In this document: one piece after another, positions 34,501 through 41,916 of the stretch | How positions within the stretch are numbered: position 1 is the first letter of the stretch | Layout of the letters: each line of letters starts with the position of its first letter | IMG/VR virus record: IMGVR_UViG_3300005512_000053 | Span: 1-48,991 of that record | DNA: 48,991 nucleotides | Direction: 5' to 3' (one strand) | Source of the DNA: a virus | Taxonomy: Duplodnaviria > Caudoviricetes | Translations under genes and position numbers: made by a program | The notes under the pieces: model-generated | What the model saw: only the letters and a program-made list of their open reading frames with translations | What the model was told of the DNA's origin: nothing | Database searches by the model: none

Positions 34501-34866
34501 CAGACGACGATTGAAAGTGGTAAAACTTATTTGCTACTTGCGAGTGACAATAGGATTGTTTCTGCAATACCCTCGGATGAAATCAAGACTTCAGATGCGG
34601 CACTTGTTAAGTTCTTAAACTACAAACAGTTGCCCTACAAGGATGACGAAATGTTCGTTGTATCTTTCAAGCCCCGTATTACAAAAGCTGGGAAGAAGAT
34701 GGCAACGCTTACCCTTGCAGACTCATCAAGAGACATGCACTCTATTCTGGTGTTTCCCACCACGTTTGCAAAGGCATATATGAAGATTCAGGAGGGGAAT
34801 TCTTACACGTTCTCTTTCGGAAAGACAAAGGACGGCACAGTGATATTGGAGGATATAGATGCTTGA
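31594..34866 (+). CDS. dnaE: DNA polymerase III alpha subunit
   Basis: PHP domain HVHTHFSLFDG and TDHG; GRGSSAGS; catalytic PDIDTD; YSFNKSHA. Confidence 0.95.
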   Translation: MTYSGLHVHTHFSLFDGIAKPEEYIDRAVELGMGSLAITDHGTLSGHREFFRAAKEKNIKPILGVEGYITEDRFDQRDRDSREGPLDLVYNHIVLLAKSQKGLENLNKLNEIAWTEGFYKKPRIDYEVLEKYKEGIIVTSGCLSGTIAKAIEAGELAEAKRQIEWHHKVFGDDYYIEVMPHNPAEMNHQLLALADEFGIKPVVTPDCHHSDVGQKEIQELKLILNTYSNKIQKDATFEKSKKFDNLKDRLNYLYGDRDISFDNFDIHLLSDEEMRAAMTSQGIEREDIYENTVEISNKITDYDIRDGLDLLPAQYQNPYRELAELAVEGLKERGVYKTEGYMERLEEEMGIIESKNFGPYFLVVRNMINWAKKEGIQVGPGRGSSAGSLLCYALGITDIDPIKYGLLFFRFINPDRNDFPDIDTDIQDTRREEVKDYLVRQYRHVASIATFLEFKDKGVIRDIARVLHIPLTDVNKVSKLFDTWDEYLTSKQTKEFREKYPEIEKYGDQLRGRIRGTGIHAAGVVTAKEPIFRHAPMETRQAPGSGERIPVVAVDMEEAERIGLIKIDALGLKTLSVLRNTLDIIKKRHRKEINLLNIDLEDEKIYEMLSNGHTKGVFQCEAAPYTNLLVRMGVRNFNELAASNALVRPGAMNTIGKDYIERKKGRQGITYHHDVMKQFTEETYGCILYQEQVMQSCVELGGMSMVEADKVRKIIGKKKDAKEFDIFKDKFVEGASRYMTPNAAKELWHDFEAHAGYSFNKSHAVAYSTLSYWTAWLKYYYPLEFMFAILKNEKDKDGRTEYLIEAKRMGIPIRLPHVNDSDIDFKIEGKGIRFGLSGIKYISDNIAGKYLEARPFNSYKELEEFSMRKGAGVNSRSLQALRVIGAANFEDNPRNEEEIRSNLYEYLNLPEFNVTVPSHYYAFLNSVEDFEEKGSFILMGMVKSIKRGKGWSRVEVLDKTGSIGIFDEEQTTIESGKTYLLLASDNRIVSAIPSDEIKTSDAALVKFLNYKQLPYKDDEMFVVSFKPRITKAGKKMATLTLADSSRDMHSILVFPTTFAKAYMKIQEGNSYTFSFGKTKDGTVILEDIDA

Positions 34867-35176
34867 CACATTGGCCTACGGGCTACACCAAACTGCGGTA
34901 GACAAAGGATTCTGGCCCGACAGGGCAGACGATATCTTTATGGCAAAGCAGTGTATGATGATTGTTTCAGAGGTTACAGAAACAATGGAGGCTATTCGTA
35001 AAGATAAGAGTAGCCAGGAGATCGTGGAAGAGATTGCAGACATTGTTATTCGCACGCTTGACTTATACCAAGGATTGCTGAATAATGGATATGTCTCAGA
35101 ATCACTGAGCGATACTCTTAGAAATAAAACAGACTACAACAAGACAAGACCAGAAAGGCACGGTGTCCGTTTTTAA
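34859..35176 (+). CDS. MazG-like nucleotide pyrophosphohydrolase
   Basis: SEVTETMEA...EEIADIVIR (ExxE...ExxD) motif. Confidence 0.75.
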   Translation: MLDTLAYGLHQTAVDKGFWPDRADDIFMAKQCMMIVSEVTETMEAIRKDKSSQEIVEEIADIVIRTLDLYQGLLNNGYVSESLSDTLRNKTDYNKTRPERHGVRF

Positions 35177-36183
35177 TGACTACAATTGAAGAGGCTATGG
35201 CCTTGCTGGATCCTAAGATTCGTAAAACAATTACAAATGGTGAGGGGATTAAGATCGATCACCAGCCCACTCCCAGCTTTGGAATCAACAGGGCGCTTAA
35301 TGGTGGGCTTCCCTTTGGAAGGCAAGTGCTTGTTTGGGGAAGCAAGTCTAGTGCAAAGTCTTCTTTGTGCTTACAAACAATTGCTATGGCACAGAAAAAG
35401 GGAAAGCTTTGTGCCTGGATCGATGCCGAGATGTCCTACTCTGAAGACTGGGCAGTCAAACTGGGGGTAGACCCAGAAAAACTTTTGTATTCTCAAGCCA
35501 GAACTATTAACGAGATGGTGGATGTTAGCGTAGCCTTTATTGAGGCAGGAGTAGACATTATTGTCGTAGACAGTATCACCTCTTTGCTACCCGCAATTTA
35601 CTTTGAAAAAGGTACAGAAGACCTTAAGGCACTAGAAAACACCAAACAGATTGGTGCAGAGTCTAGAGACTTTAGTAATGCTTGGAAGATGATTAACTAC
35701 GCAAACAACAAGGTCAAGCCCACACTGTTTATTCTGATCTCACAGTCAAGAAATAACATTAGTGCTATGTATACGTCTCAGCAGCCTTCTGGTGGACAGT
35801 CTACGAAGTTTTATTCGTCTACCGTGATTAAGCTGTTCTCGTCTGAATCAGAGAACCAAGCAATCAAAGGCAAGATTGCTGTGGGAGATAAGCTAATTGA
35901 AGAAAAGGTTGGTCGTAAGATCCGCTGGGAACTTCAGTTTTCTAAAACATCCGCAGGCTTTCAGTCTGGAGAGTACGACTTTTATTTCAGGGGTGACAAG
36001 ATTGGGATCGATGGTATCGGAGATCTCGTAGACACCGCAGAAATGAATGGCCTTGTAAACAGAACTGGTGCCTGGTATCAGCTAGACGACGGCACCAAGG
36101 TGCAGGGTAGAGAAGCATTTATTGAAAAGGTAAGAGAAGATGAAGAACTCCAGAAAAAGCTTGTGGAGCAGCTTAATGGCTAA
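35176..36183 (+). CDS. recA: RecA/UvsX-like recombinase
   Basis: GGLPFGR, variant P-loop GSKSSAKS, AWIDAE, IVVDSI, SGG..KFYSS, GAWY. Confidence 0.9.
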   Translation: MTTIEEAMALLDPKIRKTITNGEGIKIDHQPTPSFGINRALNGGLPFGRQVLVWGSKSSAKSSLCLQTIAMAQKKGKLCAWIDAEMSYSEDWAVKLGVDPEKLLYSQARTINEMVDVSVAFIEAGVDIIVVDSITSLLPAIYFEKGTEDLKALENTKQIGAESRDFSNAWKMINYANNKVKPTLFILISQSRNNISAMYTSQQPSGGQSTKFYSSTVIKLFSSESENQAIKGKIAVGDKLIEEKVGRKIRWELQFSKTSAGFQSGEYDFYFRGDKIGIDGIGDLVDTAEMNGLVNRTGAWYQLDDGTKVQGREAFIEKVREDEELQKKLVEQLNG

Positions 36184-36355
36184 ATACTCTGTGCATCATG
36201 GTGTGTTTCCTTGCCACGAGTGTAAAGAGGCAACACACTCAATTAGGTTCTATCCAGAGTCAAAGGACATTACCTGGGTGTGTAGCAAAAGACACATGAA
36301 CAGGGTTTCACTACAAACAAGAAAGCGTAAGCAAGACTATGACCGAAAAGTCTGA
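36176..36355 (+). CDS. Small Zn-ribbon-like protein
   Basis: Likely ATG 36176 (GGAG upstream); CHEC...CSKRH. Confidence 0.5.
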   Translation: MAKYSVHHGVFPCHECKEATHSIRFYPESKDITWVCSKRHMNRVSLQTRKRKQDYDRKV

Positions 36356-36626
36356 GGGTAAAAGGATAGGCGCTAAGCTCCACAAAAATTCAGGTCGCAA
36401 CACCAAAAAGGGTGACGCATCTTGGTACAATTTCGTAATTGACTTCAAAGAGGTTGGCAAGAGCTTTACTTTAAATAAAGATGTATGGGCAAAAGCTACA
36501 ACAGATGCCTTGAAATCTAACAAAGACCCTGCTATAGTTGTAGTTCTGGGTTCAACACAAAAAACAAGGCTGGCAGTAATCGAGCTGTCTTTGCTAGAAC
36601 AACTGCTGGAAGAGAGAGAACAATGA
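36339..36626 (+). CDS. PD-(D/E)xK nuclease, Holliday-junction-resolvase-like
   Basis: SG...KGD...IDFKE motif; 95 aa. Confidence 0.55.
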   Translation: MTEKSEGKRIGAKLHKNSGRNTKKGDASWYNFVIDFKEVGKSFTLNKDVWAKATTDALKSNKDPAIVVVLGSTQKTRLAVIELSLLEQLLEEREQ

Positions 36627-37234
36627 AAATCTTAATGCTAGATATTGAAACAACACCTATGCAGGTTTACACCTGGGGTCTGTGGGACCAGAACATTGGA
36701 ATTAACCAGATCATTAAGCCCACTGAGATGATGTGCTTTGGTGCAAAGTGGCAGGGCAAGAAGAAGGTTACCTTCAAGTCTGTCCACCATGATGGCAAGA
36801 AGGCTATGCTAGAAGAGCTGCACGCCATGATGGAAGAGGCAGATGCCTTGGTAGGTTGGAACTCAGCAGCCTTTGACCACAAACACATCAAGCGTGAATT
36901 CCTTGAGAACGGTATTGCCCCACCATCAGTGGTTAAAGATCTTGACCTTATGAGTGTCGTAAAGGCAAACTTCAAATTCCCATCTAACAAGCTAGACTAT
37001 GTTGCACAAGCTCTTGGCGTAGGTGCTAAGTTCAAGCACTCTGGCTTCGAGCTGTGGATTGATTGTATGAATGGCGATGACAAGGCCTGGCGTGAAATGA
37101 AGAAGTATCAGGTCCAGGATGTTGTTTTGCTAGAAGAGCTGTACCAGGTTCTTCTTCCTTGGTTGCCAGGTTCTGGAAGCGTTACCAGCAAAGAAAGGCG
37201 AGAAATCGCGGGGGCTGATGGAGTGGTACAATAG
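36623..37234 (+). CDS. DEDD 3'-5' exonuclease (RNase H-like)
   Basis: LDIET, GWNSAAFD, KLDYVA, YQVQDV. Confidence 0.8.
   Translation: MKILMLDIETTPMQVYTWGLWDQNIGINQIIKPTEMMCFGAKWQGKKKVTFKSVHHDGKKAMLEELHAMMEEADALVGWNSAAFDHKHIKREFLENGIAPPSVVKDLDLMSVVKANFKFPSNKLDYVAQALGVGAKFKHSGFELWIDCMNGDDKAWREMKKYQVQDVVLLEELYQVLLPWLPGSGSVTSKERREIAGADGVVQ
37224..37232 (+). promoter_or_regulatory. Extended -10 TGGTACAAT
   Basis: Ends 6 nt before an in-frame GTG at 37239. Confidence 0.55.
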
Positions 37235-37238
37235 TATG

Positions 37239-37550
37239 GTGGAAAATAATGAGAGCAAGACAACCCTTGACATGGTCAATGGCCTTGCTGAGATATCTGA
37301 ATATATGAAGGATGACGAGCTTGATACTGCTTTGACAATGATAGCTAAGCTTATTCTTCGACCAGATATCCCAATTAATGTAGTCACCATAGAGATTGTC
37401 AGATTGCAAGCAATTGCGGCAAAGATGTCCTTTAAGGCTACATGGATGGCAAACGTAGAAAAGGGAGATCGAGCAAAAAAGAATATTTACTTTACCGCTG
37501 CTGCTGCAATCAACGAGCTTGTGGCTGCTCTAAAGTACATTACTCGATAA
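37239..37550 (+). CDS. Hypothetical helical protein
   Basis: The ORF track starts at 37218; promoter geometry favours GTG 37239 (or ATG 37236). Confidence 0.6.
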   Translation: MENNESKTTLDMVNGLAEISEYMKDDELDTALTMIAKLILRPDIPINVVTIEIVRLQAIAAKMSFKATWMANVEKGDRAKKNIYFTAAAAINELVAALKYITR

Positions 37551-37556
37551 TATTTT

Positions 37557-38354
37557 ATGACTAAAAACTTACTTAACCAAATAATGACCAACACAGATAA
37601 GCCTGCAAAGGCTTCTGAAAGTATGCAGGCATTGATTGAAAAGATTAATTCTGGATACATTGCTAAGCGTGGTCCAAGGCATCAGCAGAAAAAGACTTTT
37701 GCCCCATCGACTATCGCTTATGGTCATGGCGAGTGTGCTAGATACTGGTACCTGGCTTTTGAGGGCGGTACGTTTGAGGATAACGCAGACGCATTCGCTG
37801 GTGCCAACATGACTAATGGTACAAAGTCACACGAGCGTATCCAGCAAGCAATGGCAGACTCTGGAATGCTTATTGATTCAGAGTTTAAGATTCTATATGA
37901 TGACCCACCTATCTTTGGATACGGAGACGTAATCCTTGATTGGGAGGGCGAAGAGCTTCTTGGTGAGATCAAGACAGCCATGCAAGAGGGGTTCGAGTAT
38001 CGGAAAAGAACTGGTAAGGCAAAGACGGGCCACTTAATCCAGATTCTTATTTACATGAAGATTCTCAAAAAAGCAAAAGGTGTTCTCATTTATGAAAACA
38101 AGAATAACCATGAGCTATTGGCTATTCCTGTTGTTGTAAATGATTACTATATTAAGTGGGTAGACCAAACATTTGAATGGATGAGGACAGTTCGTAAGGC
38201 TTGGGAAGATAAGCTCTTGCCTAAAAAGAACTACCGTTCAAATTCTAAAATCTGCAAGTCCTGCCCTTTGGTAAAGGTCTGTGCAGATGCTGGTGAGGGA
38301 GACATCAAGATAAACTCAATGGAGCCCTTAGATGAAAACTTGTCAATGGTGTGA
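37557..38354 (+). CDS. Cas4-like PD-(D/E)xK exonuclease
   Basis: PS....ECARY, GTKSHE, GYGD...GEIKT, QILIY, and C-terminal CKSCPLVKVC. Confidence 0.75.
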   Translation: MTKNLLNQIMTNTDKPAKASESMQALIEKINSGYIAKRGPRHQQKKTFAPSTIAYGHGECARYWYLAFEGGTFEDNADAFAGANMTNGTKSHERIQQAMADSGMLIDSEFKILYDDPPIFGYGDVILDWEGEELLGEIKTAMQEGFEYRKRTGKAKTGHLIQILIYMKILKKAKGVLIYENKNNHELLAIPVVVNDYYIKWVDQTFEWMRTVRKAWEDKLLPKKNYRSNSKICKSCPLVKVCADAGEGDIKINSMEPLDENLSMV

Positions 38355-38628
38355 TGACCCTTTTGAAGCAAAAGTAGGTTATCAAATTTACTGCTCTTCT
38401 AAATGCAGAGAAGAAGCGACAAAAGAAAAGATTGCACAGAGATATCTCGTTGCACGACGTAACCGTATGATGGGAAAGAAACGCAGCTGTAAGGCTTGCG
38501 GATCTCCTCTTTCTGCATATAACGATGAGCCGATTTGTCAAACCTGTATTGTGAATCCCGCAGAGGTTTCTAAGGCTCTTAAAGAGATTAAGGGGAACTC
38601 TGGTGGTAGATCTAAGCGTTCTAAATAG
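38332..38628 (+). CDS. Cys-rich Zn-finger protein
   Basis: CQWC, YCSSKC, CKAC, CQTC. Confidence 0.65.
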   Translation: MKTCQWCDDPFEAKVGYQIYCSSKCREEATKEKIAQRYLVARRNRMMGKKRSCKACGSPLSAYNDEPICQTCIVNPAEVSKALKEIKGNSGGRSKRSK

Positions 38629-39184
38629 CCCACCACAAAAGCTTTGTGCTATTGACGCTAGCACAAACAGTTTAGCCTTTGCTATCTTCGACGGTAAAAG
38701 TCTTGAAGCTATGGGCAAGATTAATTTTTCAGGAAGGACTGCCTATGCAAAAGCTGCGGATGCATGTAATAAGATTAAAGATTTCTTTGTTTTGTTTGAG
38801 ATTGAGGCTGTGGTTATTGAGCAAGCTATTCATTTAAACAGCCCAAAGACAATGTCAGACCTTTCAATCATACAGGGCGCAATTGTTGGAGGAATAGCAA
38901 TTTCACAAAAAACATACTTTGTTTCTGTCCCACCAATAACTTGGCAAACATATATAGGAAACGGAAAACTCTCTCATGAAGAAAAAGGTTTGGTTAGAAA
39001 ATCAGATCTTAGCAAAAGTGAATCTTGGTATAAAAATAAAGAAAGAGAGTTTAGAAAACAAAAAACCATAAATTTTGTAAATACTTATTACGACAAGACC
39101 GTTTCCGACAATGATGTTGCTGACGCTGTTGGAATTGGTCATTACGCGGTGCATAATTCAAATAAGCTGTTTTCTATGATATAA
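38603..39184 (+). CDS. RuvC-like Holliday junction resolvase
   Basis: AIDAST, VVIEQ, PITWQ, DNDVADAVGI. Confidence 0.75.
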   Translation: MVDLSVLNSPPQKLCAIDASTNSLAFAIFDGKSLEAMGKINFSGRTAYAKAADACNKIKDFFVLFEIEAVVIEQAIHLNSPKTMSDLSIIQGAIVGGIAISQKTYFVSVPPITWQTYIGNGKLSHEEKGLVRKSDLSKSESWYKNKEREFRKQKTINFVNTYYDKTVSDNDVADAVGIGHYAVHNSNKLFSMI

Positions 39185-39185
39185 T
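39177..39185 (+). promoter_or_regulatory. Extended -10 TGATATAAT, leaderless start of an HNH gene
   Basis: Ends 6 nt before GTG 39192. Confidence 0.6.
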
Positions 39186-39191
39186 GTATTT

Positions 39192-39743
39192 GTGCGAACT
39201 CGACAAATATTACCAAAAGTAAAGCAGCGAAGGGTCAGCAAGTACCAACACCTGCTAGGCAAGGTTTTGGGTTCCAGAAAAGTTTTACAGTCTTTGCCCA
39301 GATCGCTTTTTGAAGTCCAGTGTATTGATTGCAATCACCTATCGGTACAAAGGGGTATTGATTTAGAAAAATTAAAAGACACCGAATGTCAAAATTGTAA
39401 AATACAGAAAAGAAATCCAAACCTAAACAATGCCTATTTGAGAACAAAAAACAATGCAAAATCTAGAGGTTTAGATTTTTTAATTTCAAAAGAATATTTT
39501 GGTTCTATTTCAGAAAAGAACTGCTATTACTGTGGCTCAGAGCCCATGCAGGATTCAAAAGATTTTGTAGAAAGGTGTCCAGCATACAATGGTTTGGATA
39601 GGCTAAATCCAAAGGTTGGTTATGTCGAGGGAAACGTAGTTTCTTGTTGCAAATATTGCAACTATGCTAAACATGACATGTCTGTAGAAGATTTTATTTT
39701 TTGGATAAAAAGGTGTCACGAGCACATATCTGACAATTTTTAA
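39192..39743 (+). CDS. Free-standing HNH homing endonuclease
   Basis: CYYCG...NGLDRLNPKVGYVEGNVVSCCKYCNYAK; N-terminal Cys pairs; AT-rich. Confidence 0.8.
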   Translation: MRTRQILPKVKQRRVSKYQHLLGKVLGSRKVLQSLPRSLFEVQCIDCNHLSVQRGIDLEKLKDTECQNCKIQKRNPNLNNAYLRTKNNAKSRGLDFLISKEYFGSISEKNCYYCGSEPMQDSKDFVERCPAYNGLDRLNPKVGYVEGNVVSCCKYCNYAKHDMSVEDFIFWIKRCHEHISDNF

Positions 39744-39760
39744 ATTGACAAGGAGCATAA

Positions 39761-39913
39761 ATGCCTGCTAAACTTTATACGAATCCGCTTTGGCTAAAGA
39801 AGAGGTTTCAGCTAGATAGAAAAACACCACAAGACATAGCAAAAGAGTGCGGTATAAGTGTGGCAACAATTTATGTATATCTAGATAAATTTGGATTAAG
39901 GAAAAAGCGTTGA
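39761..39913 (+). CDS. Small HTH protein (50 aa), absent from the ORF track
   Basis: AAGGAG RBS; MPAKLYTNPLWLKKRFQLDRKTPQDIAKECGISVATIYVYLDKFGLRKKR*. Confidence 0.75.
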   Translation: MPAKLYTNPLWLKKRFQLDRKTPQDIAKECGISVATIYVYLDKFGLRKKR

Positions 39914-40113
39914 GAATTATTAGACACTTTGCAAAGGTTGCAAAGATGCAATTTGTTAGACTGACATGCAAGCACGAAAGTTTTTACGAAGCTTCCTGTC
40001 CGTTTACTGAAATGACATACATCAATTGCACCAAGTGTTGGAAAAGGGTTGGGGTAGTCCCTACAAAGGAGAGAGATGAAAGAATACAGCAACAAGAACC
40101 AGATCGGATTTGA
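39910..40113 (+). CDS. Small hypothetical Cys-containing protein
   Basis: TTG start overlapping the previous stop (TTGA); CKH...CPFT...CTKC. Confidence 0.5.
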   Translation: MRIIRHFAKVAKMQFVRLTCKHESFYEASCPFTEMTYINCTKCWKRVGVVPTKERDERIQQQEPDRI

Positions 40114-41104
40114 CGACATACTTTTGATTCCTCAACATTCTGAGGTTTCTAGCCGTAGTGATGTTAGCTTGTCTACCACTTTAGGCGCAGGGCTTAACGG
40201 TATAGCAATGGCTATGCCGATTATTGCAGCACCTATGGACACAGTTTGCGAGCACGAGATGGCTTCTTCTATTCGTAAAGCTGGCGGCTTTGGAATTATT
40301 CATAGGTACATGACAATCGAAGAGCAGGTAAAGCAGATCGCGCTGGCAAAGGCAATGGGTGGTTCTGCTGGAGGTTCTGTGGGGGCAAGGGGAGAGTTTT
40401 CCCACGATGCCGTAAAGCTAGTGGGCGCTGGGGCACTTCTAATCCTGGTAGATGTTGCTAACGGTCATAGCGAACACGCTGTTGGCGCAGTAAAAGAACT
40501 TCGCCAGATATTTGGAAATCAAATTCACATTATGGCTGGCAATGTTGCCACTTGGGAAGGCTTTGCTAGATTGGCCGATGCTGGAGCTGATTCTATTAGA
40601 GTTGGTATTGGTGGCGGATCGGCTTGCACCACAAGGATTGTAAGCGGACACGGTGTGCCAACCCTGTCCTCCATTATGGATATTAGAGAACGAGTTGCAT
40701 ACAACGAAGGTCCGAGTCTCATTGCCGATGGCGGTATTCGTAATTCTGGAGATGCCGCCAAGGCTCTAGCCGCAGGAGCACACGCTTTGATGCTGGGCAG
40801 GCTGTTGGCTGGCACAAAAGAATCTCCTGGAGAAATTGTGAATGGACACAAGGTCTTCCGAGGAATGGCATCTAGGGAGGCACAGGAGGAGGGTAGAGGG
40901 GTCGTATCGGGTGTAGAGGGTATCTCAACTACCGTTCCTTTTGTTGGAAGTGTTAATGATATTATTAATGATTTCAACGCAGGGCTAAAGAGCGCTCTCT
41001 CCTATACGGGGGTAGATAATCTTATTGACTTCCATGCCGAAGCAGTGTACAATAGAGTAACAAGCAGTACACTAAACGAAACTAAGCCACACGCAAAGGA
41101 GTAA
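40076..41104 (+). CDS. IMPDH/GMP reductase family oxidoreductase, probably GMP reductase
   Basis: FDDILLIP, AAPMDTV, DVANGH, AGNVAT, catalytic GIGGGSACTTR, IADGGI, FRGMAS; no CBS domains. Confidence 0.88.
   Translation: MKEYSNKNQIGFDDILLIPQHSEVSSRSDVSLSTTLGAGLNGIAMAMPIIAAPMDTVCEHEMASSIRKAGGFGIIHRYMTIEEQVKQIALAKAMGGSAGGSVGARGEFSHDAVKLVGAGALLILVDVANGHSEHAVGAVKELRQIFGNQIHIMAGNVATWEGFARLADAGADSIRVGIGGGSACTTRIVSGHGVPTLSSIMDIRERVAYNEGPSLIADGGIRNSGDAAKALAAGAHALMLGRLLAGTKESPGEIVNGHKVFRGMASREAQEEGRGVVSGVEGISTTVPFVGSVNDIINDFNAGLKSALSYTGVDNLIDFHAEAVYNRVTSSTLNETKPHAKE
41025..41053 (+). promoter_or_regulatory. Promoter TTGACT-17-TACAAT upstream of the terminase operon
   Basis: TTGACT 41025-41030 and TACAAT 41048-41053, inside the 3' end of the IMPDH-family gene. 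Confidence 0.5.
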
Positions 41105-41105
41105 C

Positions 41106-41414
41106 ATGCCACGCCGTAAAAAGGTAGAGCTTCCACCCAGTAAGTTTTTCAGCTACCCAGAAATTGAGGTAGACGGCTTTGTGATTGAAAAAGGCGAGCT
41201 TATCAAGATCAAAGACGAATGGGGTATGCGATTTAAGTTTGACGGTCTGGTTACTAATACCGAAACTGGTGCTCAGTGGGTAGATTGCTTTGAAATGTAT
41301 CGAGGAAAGGCTGGTGTCTTGAGGGCATTCAGACTAGACCGAGTAAAGAGAATTCCTAAGAAGAGGGGTAGGCGTCGTGCCAAGCGAGGAACAGCAATTA
41401 GTACAGCATCTTGA
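41106..41414 (+). CDS. Hypothetical basic protein
   Basis: 102 aa, AAGGAG RBS; small beta-rich core with an Arg/Lys tail. Confidence 0.6.
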   Translation: MPRRKKVELPPSKFFSYPEIEVDGFVIEKGELIKIKDEWGMRFKFDGLVTNTETGAQWVDCFEMYRGKAGVLRAFRLDRVKRIPKKRGRRRAKRGTAISTAS

Positions 41415-41916
41415 CACCGTCAACAAGGTTGTTGGAGAATATCTAAAGGGCAACGATCCTACCAAGATTTCCAAACAGTTGGACATTCCAAGAACAAAGG
41501 TAGCCGCTCTAATAAAAGAGTGGCAAGTAATGGCGTCCGACAACTCTGCTATTCGCGCTAGGGCTAAAGAGGCTTTGGCTGCGGCAGACGAACACTATAG
41601 CAGACTGATTAGTCAGGCCTACGAGGTTATTGACGAGGCTACCACCACAGCAAACCTTGGGGCAAAAACCAACGGTATCAAGCTAGTCATGGACCTAGAG
41701 TCTAAGCGTATTGAAATGCTACAAAAGGCTGGACTACTTGAGAACAAGGAGCTAGCAGAAGAGATGCTAGAGATCGAGCGTAGACAAGAAATTCTTATGG
41801 TCATTCTTAAAGATGTGGCCGCAGAGCATCCAGAGATTAGAGATAAGATTATGAAGAAGCTATCAGAAGCTTCTGAAAAGCTAAACGAAACGGTAACAAT
41901 TGTAAACAATGTTTGA
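41377..41916 (+). CDS. Putative terminase small subunit
   Basis: N-terminal HTH (PTKISKQLDIPRTKV) plus coiled coil; overlaps the TerL start. Confidence 0.6.
   Translation: MPSEEQQLVQHLDTVNKVVGEYLKGNDPTKISKQLDIPRTKVAALIKEWQVMASDNSAIRARAKEALAAADEHYSRLISQAYEVIDEATTTANLGAKTNGIKLVMDLESKRIEMLQKAGLLENKELAEEMLEIERRQEILMVILKDVAAEHPEIRDKIMKKLSEASEKLNETVTIVNNV

Noticed and set aside
37557-38354. Cas4-like gene as a sign of CRISPR-Cas
   Set aside because: No repeat-spacer array or other cas genes seen; solo Cas4-like nucleases are common in phages.
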